A DNA stretch of 52,557 nucleotides from assembly GCA_036398155.1 (NCBI GenBank), contig DASWHO010000368.1, positions 1 through 52,557 of the forward strand, read 5' to 3'. Position 1 is the stretch's first letter. Each line of letters starts with the position of its first letter. The position numbers and the translations under genes were made by a program. Shown here in pieces: positions 1-9,370 of the stretch. The notes beneath the pieces were generated by a model, which was given only the letters and a program-made list of their open reading frames with translations, had not been told where the DNA came from and made no database searches. The stretch is from Acidobacteriota bacterium (GTDB lineage Bacteria; Acidobacteriota; DASWHO01).

Positions 1-1065
1 GTTGTTGTTACTGTGAAGAATACATCTATCAAGTAGAATGCGATTGATTCCTCGAAGGGCAGAATCCGTCGAATTCGACATGATGGTATCACGGCACGTC
101 AAGTCGATATATGGAGTGACACAATACCTGCCACAGTAGTAGGTGAAGGAAATGAGGCTGCCGCCACCGCGCAGGGTGCTGTTGTCGATGGCGATTGTGG
201 TGCTACCGCCATAGTAGGCGTAGCCGGTTACGATGTTTGACCCTCCCGTGATCGTCGAATTCGTGATCTGGAGTTCGTGAAGATTACCGTAGGTCGGAGA
301 ATCGTCTTCGGCTGTAGAAGTGAGGTCGATTGCAGTGTCTACGTTTGTTGCCAGGATGTCGGATAGTGCAATCTGGGTGAAGCCGCCCTCATGGATGGAA
401 GAATCGAGGGCGTGACGAAGTCTGGAGAATCTCGACCGTTCGACATGAAGGCGGCTCTGGGTTCGGACCAGCCCTAAGTAGCCGGTTGTGCCATAGGTGT
501 AGATGCCGGTATGGGAGTCTAAGAAGGATGAGTCCAAAACAGTGATATCGGTTATTGCGCCGGCAGACGCTCGCGTGGCGATTGCGGTCGCAAGATTTGA
601 GAATATTGTAGTGTGCACAGTCAGAATGATGAGCGATAGGAAATCTGGAGCATCGACTCGAATGCCGGCAGAACCATTCTCGATTTGGACCCCGCGTAAC
701 TCGATCGAGTCAAAGGGTCCGGTGTTTTGTGGAAGGTGAAGCACATCGCTTTCCACGCCGGCACGAATAACGGTGAAGCTCGGATCCTCGCCTTGCAGCT
801 TGACCCCGGGCAAGAGCTGGAGCGGGAAAAGTTCTCCGGTGTTGCGCTGATAGATCCCGGGTGCGAGATGGATCGTCGTGTCCCGCGAGCTCACGGACAG
901 GGCGTGGGTAATGGTGCGGAGCGGCTGCAATCGGGTGCCTGGGAAGGAGTCGTTCCCGGTCGAGGAGTCGACGTAGAGATCGTCGGGATGGATTGCGGCA
1001 GCAGAGCACATCAAGAAGAGAACGCATGCTGGTACAGCCCTATGGCATCGATCGTGAGGACGCAT
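1..1065 (-). CDS. Secreted right-handed beta-helix protein with a DUF1565/pectate-lyase-fold-like N-terminus (N-terminal 355 codons only; the gene runs off the window start)
   Basis: Absent from the supplied ORF track because there is no stop inside the window. Manual translation of the minus strand from the ATG at 1065-1063 stays open for all 355 codons down to nt 1: MRPHDRCHRAVPACVLFLMCSAAAIHPDDLYVDSSTGNDSFPGTRLQPLRTITHALSVSSRDTTIHLAPGIYQ... The N-terminus is signal-like. The Y-V-D-x3-G-x-D-x3-G-T-x3-P-x2-T-I-x2-A-L opening is typical of DUF1565/beta-helix proteins, followed by N/T/G-rich beta-helix-like turns. The ATG shares 1 nt with the TGA of the upstream gene. Confidence 0.7.
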   Translation of the reverse strand, partial: MRPHDRCHRAVPACVLFLMCSAAAIHPDDLYVDSSTGNDSFPGTRLQPLRTITHALSVSSRDTTIHLAPGIYQRNTGELFPLQLLPGVKLQGEDPSFTVIRAGVESDVLHLPQNTGPFDSIELRGVQIENGSAGIRVDAPDFLSLIILTVHTTIFSNLATAIATRASAGAITDITVLDSSFLDSHTGIYTYGTTGYLGLVRTQSRLHVERSRFSRLRHALDSSIHEGGFTQIALSDILATNVDTAIDLTSTAEDDSPTYGNLHELQITNSTITGGSNIVTGYAYYGGSTTIAIDNSTLRGGGSLISFTYYCGRYCVTPYIDLTCRDTIMSNSTDSALRGINRILLDRCILHSNNN

Positions 1066-3263
1066 CACTGACTGCTCCAGAGGGTCCTGCCGTCGAGCAG
1101 GCTGAGGTAGGCGGGAGTGACGAGGCTGTCCTGAAGAAATCCGGTCGCCGACGCCGCTGGACCCCTGCCGCGGGCGGTTTGGATCCCGGGCGGGTCATAG
1201 TAGTTGGCTCCCACAAGGTCGGGAAGCCCGTCTCCGTCCAAATCCCCGGCCAGCGCGTAGCGGGAGCTTCTAAACGGAAGAGGTCGCACGCTAAGCAGGC
1301 GCCCAGATTCCCACAGCAGAACGCTCCAAGGATATAGAATGTCCAAATCTCCGTCGGCATCTGCGTCGGCTACCTGAATCTGGTAGCCGCCGGAGGAAGG
1401 AATCGGAATTCTACCTTGGCTGAACGTTCCATTACCTATTCCGAGATGAACAAACTGAGAGGTCAGTAAATCGTGATGACCATCCCCATTCATGTCAGCC
1501 AGCTCGCTGCCGTAGTAACTCGTGTCATCCAACCGCGTCCGTGTGAGTTCAAACTGAAACGGCCCTGTAGCGTGCAAATACCAGACGTGAGGCAGGCTGA
1601 CTCCAACTAGATCGAAACGGCCATCGCGGTCGATATCGGCGCTGTGCACTTGTGAGAGAGACGGCACGTCCAACGAGCTGTGATAACTGAAAGCTCCTGC
1701 ACCGCGATTCTTATGAAATAGCAGCTTACCTCGGCGAGAGTCGTAGACCGCAAGGTCCGGGAGCCGATCTCCATTCAGGTCGGCTGCGGTCATGGAGAGA
1801 GAGTAACGAACCTCCGATAGGACGACTGGCGCCAAGGAGACAAACTGCCCGTCGCCGTCGTTTTGCAACACCTGGATTTGACACGCCTGGTCGTACGAAG
1901 AGCAAAGCGCGGAGGTGACAAGGATATCCAAGTCACCGTCACGATCGAAGTCCAGTGGTGGACGAAGCACTGGTCGGGGCAGCTCTAAGTCCATTTGCTG
2001 GTGGAGCTGCAAATCGAGGTTTTCATCGGCTCGAAAGACTTGGAAGGAACGGGGGGAGTCAGCACCCTGATAAGTTGTGGTGACGATTTCCAGTCGGCCA
2101 TCAGCATCGAGATCCAGGAGCGCATGGACGGTCGGATACGATTCCGATTCGAAGGGCGTGAAGCGGGATCCAAAATCCCATTCCCTTGGAGCGGTGGCGA
2201 AGGCAATCTGGAGTGGGTCGAGAGTGGCTAGGTCGATGAGGCCGTCTTGATTGAAGTCGCCGGCGCTGCAATCGCGAGGGTCTATCGCAAGTGGCACAGT
2301 CGCTTGCTCGCGCAGGCCGCCATCGCCGTCACCATAGCCGATCCAGATCGAGTTAGCATAGGTGGGCCCATAAAGATCGAGGTTGCCGTCGAGATCGAGG
2401 TCGGCCGCTTTGAGGGTCTTGGTCAAAGTGGGAATGGCATAGCGCGCCAGTCGGTGTAGCCCTGAATCAAAACGATAGGCTGCGAGCTCTCGAGAGAACC
2501 GTTGGGACGCCCACACTTCCTGAACCCCGTCTTGGTCGAGATCGAAAGCTGTTGCATTCCAGGCATAGCCGGGTAATGCCTGGCGCGCTGCCGGGCGAAA
2601 GCGGCCAGATCCCAACCCCAACCAAACGTGCACCTCGCCGGTGGCTCCAAGGGTCAAGATCAAATCCGTGAGGCCATCGCCATTGACTTCTCCGATGGCC
2701 AGGTGAGTGAGATCGGTGTCGAGGCACTCCCTCAAGCTGTCTGAGACTTCGAGGTTGGCCCGAATGAGTTGAGCCGTGAAGCACGTCGTGGAGTTACCCG
2801 CCTTGACCACGATGACAGGATCGCGCGGATGGTTGCGGAAGATGACTGCCTTGTCGCCGTAATCAAGTCGCGTCGAGAGCGATCGCAGGATCGGTGGCGC
2901 CCCGGGTCTTGCGAAAAGAATCGCATCGTTCAGAATGAGATCCTGAAGGCCATCCTGGTCGAAATCGAGCAGGCCGAGCAGATAGTTACCGCCGAGATCC
3001 ACAGGATTTGCCAGCGTCGTCGGTCCCGGCCCCAAGGCCCACTTGATGGCACTATAATTGATGGATCCCGCGACCAAATCGAGCGCGCCATCGGCGTTGA
3101 GATCCACTGCGTGGAGCTGGTATCCGCCGGTGTAGTCGCTGACGAAGGTGCCGAAGGGTTGCTCGTTGAGGATGCTGCGAGCCGGTGAAGCGGCTGCCAG
3201 CAGGATCACGATCGACCACAGAATCGGGGCCCAAGAAGATGGGCAAATCGGATCAGGTTTCAT
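1065..3263 (-). CDS. Secreted FG-GAP/VCBS-repeat (integrin-alpha-like beta-propeller) protein
   Basis: 732-aa ORF with a signal-like N-terminus (WAPILWSIVILLAAASPARS). It carries more than 12 Ca-binding D-x-[DN]-x-D-G-x2-D-[LI] loops (DLNADGALDL, DFDQDGLQDL, DLDLDGNLDL, DFNQDGLIDL, DFDRDGDLDIL, DADADGDLDIL, DLDGDGLPDL ...). It overlaps the upstream gene by 11 nt and the downstream gene by 1 nt. Confidence 0.85.
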   Translation of the reverse strand: MKPDPICPSSWAPILWSIVILLAAASPARSILNEQPFGTFVSDYTGGYQLHAVDLNADGALDLVAGSINYSAIKWALGPGPTTLANPVDLGGNYLLGLLDFDQDGLQDLILNDAILFARPGAPPILRSLSTRLDYGDKAVIFRNHPRDPVIVVKAGNSTTCFTAQLIRANLEVSDSLRECLDTDLTHLAIGEVNGDGLTDLILTLGATGEVHVWLGLGSGRFRPAARQALPGYAWNATAFDLDQDGVQEVWASQRFSRELAAYRFDSGLHRLARYAIPTLTKTLKAADLDLDGNLDLYGPTYANSIWIGYGDGDGGLREQATVPLAIDPRDCSAGDFNQDGLIDLATLDPLQIAFATAPREWDFGSRFTPFESESYPTVHALLDLDADGRLEIVTTTYQGADSPRSFQVFRADENLDLQLHQQMDLELPRPVLRPPLDFDRDGDLDILVTSALCSSYDQACQIQVLQNDGDGQFVSLAPVVLSEVRYSLSMTAADLNGDRLPDLAVYDSRRGKLLFHKNRGAGAFSYHSSLDVPSLSQVHSADIDRDGRFDLVGVSLPHVWYLHATGPFQFELTRTRLDDTSYYGSELADMNGDGHHDLLTSQFVHLGIGNGTFSQGRIPIPSSGGYQIQVADADADGDLDILYPWSVLLWESGRLLSVRPLPFRSSRYALAGDLDGDGLPDLVGANYYDPPGIQTARGRGPAASATGFLQDSLVTPAYLSLLDGRTLWSSQ

Positions 3264-5016
3264 AAGCGACCTCGAGGACGTCGCGGTCGAGGTCGTCGCT
3301 GCGATCCTGGGTTGGGGCGGCGATCGGTTCCTCGGCGACCAGGTGGAAGTAGACGGTGCCCGGCAGCACGCCGGGAGGCGGGGAGAAGGGGATGGCGAGC
3401 GGCAGCTCGATCCACTGGGCGGCGGGCGGCACGGTGTAGAGGAAGTGCTCGCCGATGTGCTCGGCGCCGCTCGAATCCTGGTAGCGCAGGCTGACCAGGA
3501 TCGGCTGCGGCTCGTTGGTTCGGTTGAGCAGGGTGAGCTTGCAGAGCAGGGAGTCGCCGGAACGCAGCGCCGGGGCGACCCCGATCGGCTCGAGGTCGAA
3601 CGCGATCCGATCCGGGATCGCGGCCGGCGGCTCGGCGCGTTGAATCTCTTGGCGCAAGGCCGAGAGCGTCTCGAGATCGAAGACGCCGCCGCTGCCGAAG
3701 AGGCTCAGCGCTTCGCGGAACGGGTAGTCCCAGGCGTCGCCGGGCGGATCGGTGGTGCCGTAGTTGTCCTTGTGGTTGAAGGAAGCGCCGGCCGCCCACG
3801 CGCGGCGCGCCCAGTCGCGCGCGACGCGCCCGGGATCGTCGCGCGCGCGGCCGCTCTCGCCGGGGTAGGGGAAGGTGGAGCCGTCGTCGTCGAGAAAGAT
3901 CGGCCGCAGGTAGCGGCGATACAGGCTCGACGGGCTGATGCGTTCGAGCTTGACCTCCATGCGCTCGTGACGATCCGGGTCGCGGCGGTTCATCCACTGG
4001 TCGCCCAGGAGCTGCAGGATGTCGGCGTGCGGCAGGTCGTAGACGTAGGGGTATTCCGATTCGACGTCGAGGTAGTTGAGGGGATCGAAGCCGTCGCGGC
4101 GGTACAGCTCGGTCAGGACGTAGCGGCTCGGGTCGGCTTCGTGGATCCAGCGGCCGCACAGGTTGAGCCAGCGGGCGATCGCCTCGGCGGTGGCGCCGTC
4201 GCGGATCTCGGGCTCGTTCATCGGCTCGAACAGGACGTAGGGCTGGCCGCGCAGCGCCTCGACGATGCGCTTGACGTAGTTTTCCTGCAGCGCCCGAAGC
4301 TGCAGCTCTTGTGCGGTCGGGAACGGGTCGGCGGCGGCGATAAAATCGGCCAGACCGCTGGACGAGTTCGCGATCACGCCGCTTGCGTTGTTGCGCGCGT
4401 TCCACGGGCTGTTGTCCCAGGCGCGCCGCTCGCCGTTGCCGCTGCGGATCAGCTCCAAGCGGTTGACCAGCACCACCACGGTCAGGATCGGCGCCGGCAG
4501 TCCGTCAGGTCCGATCGCCGCCCCTGCAAACGCGACCCAGTTCTGAAGCCGGGCGACGAAGGTCGGGTCGAGCCGATTCAAATCGTAGCGGCCCTGCGCG
4601 AGGACGAACGGCTGGTGGTCCCTCCAGTTCAACCCGGCGCCGCGCGGTTCGGTGGGGGCGCCGGTCACGTAGTTGATGTTGCTGTAGCCGGCCAGGAACG
4701 TGCGCAGCAGATTGATCCGGTACGACGCCAGCGCGGCGGCGAGTCGATCGAAGTCGGAGGTCTCGAGCAGAAACGGACCGGCCGGAATGCCGAGAGCGTT
4801 TCCCGGCCGCACCCGGGCCGTCAGAGCATCGTAGTCGCCGTAGCCGGAGATCGGCCCGAAAGCAGATAGGCCGGTCTCCGGACTGCCGTGGTAGAGCTGG
4901 GTGCCGAGGACGTAGAGTCGCTCAGCCGTGGCCGGGCCGCACAGAACCAGAGTCCAAAGCAGAGCGTGCACGGAACGGGTTGGCCCGAAGCGGTTGCTGC
5001 GGGAACCCGCGCCCAT
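3253..5016 (-). CDS. Secreted putative glycoside hydrolase, clan GH-A / GH5-like TIM barrel with a C-terminal beta-sandwich-like extension
   Basis: 587-aa ORF with ATG at 5016 and a GGGAGGG RBS about 13 nt upstream. The N-terminus is signal-like (ALLWTLVLCGPATA). It has an LFEPMNEPE motif (the N-E-P acid/base signature of clan GH-A) and a later GESG candidate nucleophile region. The family call is by motif only. Confidence 0.6.
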   Translation of the reverse strand: MGAGSRSNRFGPTRSVHALLWTLVLCGPATAERLYVLGTQLYHGSPETGLSAFGPISGYGDYDALTARVRPGNALGIPAGPFLLETSDFDRLAAALASYRINLLRTFLAGYSNINYVTGAPTEPRGAGLNWRDHQPFVLAQGRYDLNRLDPTFVARLQNWVAFAGAAIGPDGLPAPILTVVVLVNRLELIRSGNGERRAWDNSPWNARNNASGVIANSSSGLADFIAAADPFPTAQELQLRALQENYVKRIVEALRGQPYVLFEPMNEPEIRDGATAEAIARWLNLCGRWIHEADPSRYVLTELYRRDGFDPLNYLDVESEYPYVYDLPHADILQLLGDQWMNRRDPDRHERMEVKLERISPSSLYRRYLRPIFLDDDGSTFPYPGESGRARDDPGRVARDWARRAWAAGASFNHKDNYGTTDPPGDAWDYPFREALSLFGSGGVFDLETLSALRQEIQRAEPPAAIPDRIAFDLEPIGVAPALRSGDSLLCKLTLLNRTNEPQPILVSLRYQDSSGAEHIGEHFLYTVPPAAQWIELPLAIPFSPPPGVLPGTVYFHLVAEEPIAAPTQDRSDDLDRDVLEVAYET

Positions 5017-5112
5017 GACTCAGCAGACCCTCCCTTGAAGCCCCTACTTTGCAACGAGCAACTCTGTTGGCGGATGGAGGCTAATTCGACGGAGAAAAAC
5101 GCGCCAATACCT

Positions 5113-5141
5113 AAGCTAGATTACGGCAAGGGGGTTGTCAA
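5113..5141 (-). promoter_or_regulatory. Candidate sigma70-type promoter for the GH-like/FG-GAP/beta-helix operon (TTGACA-17-TAGCTT)
   Basis: On the minus strand, TTGACA lies at 5141-5136, followed by a 17-nt spacer and TAGCTT at 5118-5113. It sits in the only AT-rich stretch upstream of the ATG at 5016. The -10 element is weak. Confidence 0.25.
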
Positions 5142-5169
5142 ACTAAATTTCAGGCAATTGAGCCTGCAG

Positions 5170-5210
5170 GGCTCGGCCATGGGCTTGCTGCGCACGCCCA
5201 TGCCACCCGG
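5170..5210. repeat. P1 palindromic repeat, copy A1
   Basis: Sequence ggctcggccatgggcttgctgcgcacgcccatgccacccgg. The CATGGGC/GCCCATG stem encloses an 11-nt loop. It is identical over 40 nt to copy A2. Confidence 0.9.
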
Positions 5211-5238
5211 AGAGCATGCTCAGCGGTACGTGGGTCGT

Positions 5239-5270
5239 CCGTGGGCAAAGCAGAGCTTGCCCACGGCACC
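5239..5270. repeat. P2 palindromic repeat (GGTGCCGTGGGCAA...TTGCCCACGG family), copy A
   Basis: Sequence ccgtgggcaaagcagagcttgcccacggcacc. The GTGGGCAA/TTGCCCAC stem lies between the two P1 copies. Confidence 0.9.
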
Positions 5271-5297
5271 TGCAGGGCGAGCGTGGAGTTCGTGCGC

Positions 5298-5337
5298 GGC
5301 TCGGCCATGGGCTTGCTGCGCACGCCCATGCCACCCG
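5298..5337. repeat. P1 palindromic repeat, copy A2 (direct repeat of A1)
   Basis: The 40 nt are identical to 5170-5209. Confidence 0.9.
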
Positions 5338-5357
5338 TTTGCCTATGCACGGGGGCG

Positions 5358-6599
<1,242 letters not shown>

Positions 6600-6618
6600 G
6601 CTCTGCTCGAGCTTGCGC

Positions 6619-6867
6619 CTAGCTCTTCTTTTCCTTGCTGTGGCTGTCGATATAGCTGACCGCGTCCTTGACCTTGGTTATTTTCTCGGCGTCCTCGTCG
6701 GGGATTTCGATGTCGAACTCTTCTTCGAGCGCCATCACCAGCTCGACCGTGTCGAGCGAGTCGGCCCCCAAATCCTCGACGAACGAGGCTTCTGCGGTGA
6801 CTTCCTCCTCGTCCACCCCGAGCTGTTCCACGATGATCTTCTTGACGGTTTCTTCCACAGACGGCAT
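6619..6867 (-). CDS. acpP: Acyl carrier protein
   Basis: 82 aa with the [20 protein letters not shown] phosphopantetheine-attachment motif, located between fabG and fabF. Confidence 0.95.
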   Translation of the reverse strand: MPSVEETVKKIIVEQLGVDEEEVTAEASFVEDLGADSLDTVELVMALEEEFDIEIPDEDAEKITKVKDAVSYIDSHSKEKKS

Positions 6868-7020
6868 GACTTGCCCTTCCCTCCTTCAAGCTCCTGTTCG
6901 ACCCAAAAAGACGTTCACGCAGCTTAGCCTATTGACCCAGCTGGAACCGACAAGTCTAGCACAAACTGCGCCCGGCGGCGCCGCCATCTGCTTCGCTGCG
7001 CTCGCTCGGCTTCCTTGCAT

Positions 7021-7055
7021 TGTAGGGGAGGAGCTCGTCCGGGGCTCCCCTCCCG
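7021..7055 (+). repeat. P3 hairpin repeat, expanded/divergent copy E1
   Basis: Sequence tgtaggggaggagctcgtccggggctcccctcccg. It has the same TGTAGGGGAGG...CCCCTCCCG ends as the 27-nt consensus but a longer interior. Confidence 0.7.
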
Positions 7056-7082
7056 CGGGCGGGCACGAGGCCCGCCCCTGCA
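7056..7082 (-). repeat. P3 hairpin repeat, G/C variant E2 (reverse orientation)
   Basis: The reverse complement is tgcaggggcgggcctcgtgcccgcccg. The arms GGGCGGGC/GCCCGCCC are fully complementary. Confidence 0.8.
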
Positions 7083-7125
7083 TGCATTCCCTTCGACGCG
7101 TTGCGCTCGCTCGACCTCCTCGCCT

Positions 7126-7152
7126 TGTAGGGGAGGGGCTGGTCCCCTCCCG
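7126..7152 (+). repeat. P3 hairpin repeat, copy E3
   Basis: Sequence tgtaggggaggggctggtcccctcccg. Confidence 0.9.
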
Positions 7153-7176
7153 AAAAGCGGCTGCAATCCGAATGAG

Positions 7177-7256
7177 GTCATTCCGGCGCCAGCCGGAACC
7201 GTCTGGATCCCGGCTTGCGCCGGGATGACAGGGTGCAAGGCTTGCGCCGGGATGAC
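7177..7256. repeat. P4 composite: an 18-nt unit GGCTTGCGCCGGGATGAC present three times (one inverted)
   Basis: 7177-7194 gtcattccggcgccagcc matches the reverse complement of the unit at 16 of 18 positions. Direct copies lie at 7212-7229 and 7239-7256. Its translation gives the VIPAQAGIQ/ACAGMT-type junk peptides seen in the track ORFs here. Confidence 0.85.
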
Positions 7257-7269
7257 GCCCCTCCGGCTT

Positions 7270-8049
7270 CTAACGGGTCATGCTCATGCCGCCGCAGACG
7301 CTCAGGACCTGCCCGGTGATGTAGCCGGCCTGATCCGAGAGCAGGAAGGCGACCGCGCCCGCGACATCGTGCGGCGTGCCGAAGCGCTCCAGCGGGATCG
7401 CCCGCAGCATGCCCTCGCGCAGCTCAGGGCCCAGGGCGTCGGTCATCGGGGTGGCCGCGATGAAGCCCGGGGCGACCGCGTTGGCGGTGATGCCGCGCGA
7501 GCCGACCTCGCGGGCCAGCGCCTTGGTGAACCCCAGGATCCCGGCCTTGGCGGCCGCGTAGTTGGCCTGGCCGGCGTTGCCCATCAGCGCGATGACCGAG
7601 CTGACGTTGACGATCCGGCCGAAACGCTGGCGCAGCATCGGCCGCAGCGCCGCCCGGCAGCAGCGGAACATGCCGCTCAAGTTGGTCTCCAGAACCGCCG
7701 ACCAGTCTTCGTCCTTCATGCGCAGCAGCAGCTGGTCGCGCACGATGCCGGCGTTGTTGACCAGATAGTCGATCCGGTTCTGCTCCGCCAGCACCCGCTC
7801 GAGCGCGGCGCCGGCCGAAGCGCTCGAGGTCTGATCGAGCTCGAGCGCCAGCGCCCGGCCGCCGGCCGCCTCGACCTCGGAGACCACGGCCGCGAGCTTG
7901 TCGCGGTTTCGACCCGCGGCATAAACGGTCAGGCCGCAGGCTGCCAGGACCCGCACCAGCTCGCTGCCGATCCCGCCGCCGCCGCCGGTGACCAGGGCCA
8001 CCGAGCCGGCGAAGGTGAGCGGGAAACTGGGCTGCTTGGTTGGTTCCAT
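7270..8049 (-). CDS. fabG: 3-oxoacyl-ACP reductase
   Basis: 259 aa. TGGGGGIG Rossmann motif, NNAGIVRDQLLLRMKDEDW, catalytic YAAAKAG (YxxxK), and position inside the fab cluster. Confidence 0.9.
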   Translation of the reverse strand: MEPTKQPSFPLTFAGSVALVTGGGGGIGSELVRVLAACGLTVYAAGRNRDKLAAVVSEVEAAGGRALALELDQTSSASAGAALERVLAEQNRIDYLVNNAGIVRDQLLLRMKDEDWSAVLETNLSGMFRCCRAALRPMLRQRFGRIVNVSSVIALMGNAGQANYAAAKAGILGFTKALAREVGSRGITANAVAPGFIAATPMTDALGPELREGMLRAIPLERFGTPHDVAGAVAFLLSDQAGYITGQVLSVCGGMSMTR

Positions 8050-8055
8050 GCTGCC

Positions 8056-9105
8056 TCAAGCGGTCGCGGACTCTTCGACTTCGTGCCGGCGCAGGACATC
8101 GATCTCGGATTGGATGATCTGGTTGATCCGGCCCTGCGCGGCGCTGTGCGCGACCCGGATCGCGTTGCGGATCGCCTTGGCGCTGGAGCGGCCGTGGCAG
8201 ATGATGCAGGTGCCGCGCACCCCCAGCAGCGGCGCGCCGCCGTATTCGGCGTAGTCGACGTGCTTGCGGAAGGCCTTGAGCGCCGGACGCGCCAGCGCGT
8301 AGCCCAGGCGGGTGCGGACGCTGCGCGACAGCTCGGTGCGCAGGATGTGCTCGATGGTCTCGGCCAGCCCTTCGCTGACTTTGAGCACCACGTTGCCGAG
8401 AAATCCGTCGCACACCACCACGTCGGCGCGGCCGTTGAACACGTCCTGACCTTCGACGTTGCCGAGAAAGTTCAGCGGCGAATCCTTGAGCAGCTTGTGA
8501 GCCTGCTTGGCGGCCAGATCGCCCTTGCTTTCCTCTTCACCGATGTTGAGCAGCCCGACCCGCGGCTCGCCGACGCCCAGGATCTTGTGGGCGAAGATCG
8601 AGCCCATGATCGCGAACTGCAGCAGATGGTGGACTTTGCAGTCGACGTTGGCGCCGACGTCCAAGATCACGCTGTTGCCCTTGGGATTGGGAACCACCGC
8701 GGCCAGCGCCGGGCGATCCACGCCCGGGATGGTGCCCCAGGTCAGCATCGCGGTCGCCATCACCGCCCCGGTGTTGCCGGCGCTGACCAGCCCGGCGGCC
8801 TCGCCGGCTTTGACCAATCCGGCGGCGACCCGCAGCGACGAGCCCTTCTTGTGCCGCAGAGCGATCGAGGGCGACTCGTGCATCCCGATCACTTCGTCGG
8901 CGTGGCGGATCTCGATCGGTAGGGAGGCGGCCTGCTCGCGCTCCAGCAGCGGCCGGAGCTGCTCCTCGCGACCCACAAGCACCGAGGCGATGCCGAGCTC
9001 GCGGGCGGCTTGGATCGCGCCCAGCACATTGGCTTCCGGCGGCGCGTCGCCGCCCATGGCGTCCACCGCGATTCGGTTGTTGGCGGCGGTCTGTCCCCGC
9101 TCCAT
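8056..9105 (-). CDS. plsX: Phosphate acyltransferase
   Basis: 349 aa. IAVDAMGGDAPPE N-terminus, SAGNTGA motif and LLGVRGTCIICHGRS motif, located downstream of rpmF. Confidence 0.95.
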   Translation of the reverse strand: MERGQTAANNRIAVDAMGGDAPPEANVLGAIQAARELGIASVLVGREEQLRPLLEREQAASLPIEIRHADEVIGMHESPSIALRHKKGSSLRVAAGLVKAGEAAGLVSAGNTGAVMATAMLTWGTIPGVDRPALAAVVPNPKGNSVILDVGANVDCKVHHLLQFAIMGSIFAHKILGVGEPRVGLLNIGEEESKGDLAAKQAHKLLKDSPLNFLGNVEGQDVFNGRADVVVCDGFLGNVVLKVSEGLAETIEHILRTELSRSVRTRLGYALARPALKAFRKHVDYAEYGGAPLLGVRGTCIICHGRSSAKAIRNAIRVAHSAAQGRINQIIQSEIDVLRRHEVEESATA

Positions 9106-9162
9106 GTCTCCCCCCCAAGCGGGTCGGCCAGCGCTCGGCCCGCGTCAATTCGAGGCCGCTGG

Positions 9163-9345
9163 CTACACGCTCTCGGTTGCGATCACCTCACGGCCCTTGT
9201 AGTAGCCGCAGTGTGGACAGGCGCGATGCGGGCGGCAGATCTGGTGGCAGTGCGGACACTCCGACAGCGCGGGCGTGGTGAGCGCGTCGTGGGTGCGCCG
9301 CCGGTCGCGGCGCGCTTTGGAATGTCGGCGTTTCGGATTGGGCAT
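9163..9345 (-). CDS. rpmF: 50S ribosomal protein L32 (Zn-ribbon C+ form)
   Basis: 60 aa. MPNPKRRHSKARRDRRRTH followed by CPHC...CPHC. Confidence 0.95.
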   Translation of the reverse strand: MPNPKRRHSKARRDRRRTHDALTTPALSECPHCHQICRPHRACPHCGYYKGREVIATESV

Positions 9346-9370
9346 GACGATTCTCCTTGTTCAAGGCGTT

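Noticed and set aside
6924-7238. A 104-aa minus-strand ORF (MHPVIPAQAGIQTVPAGAGMTS...) in the fabG-acpP spacer.
   Set aside because: It is entirely a translation of the P3 and P4 palindromic repeats. VIPAQAGIQ/AGMT-type peptides are a known artefact of such repeats.
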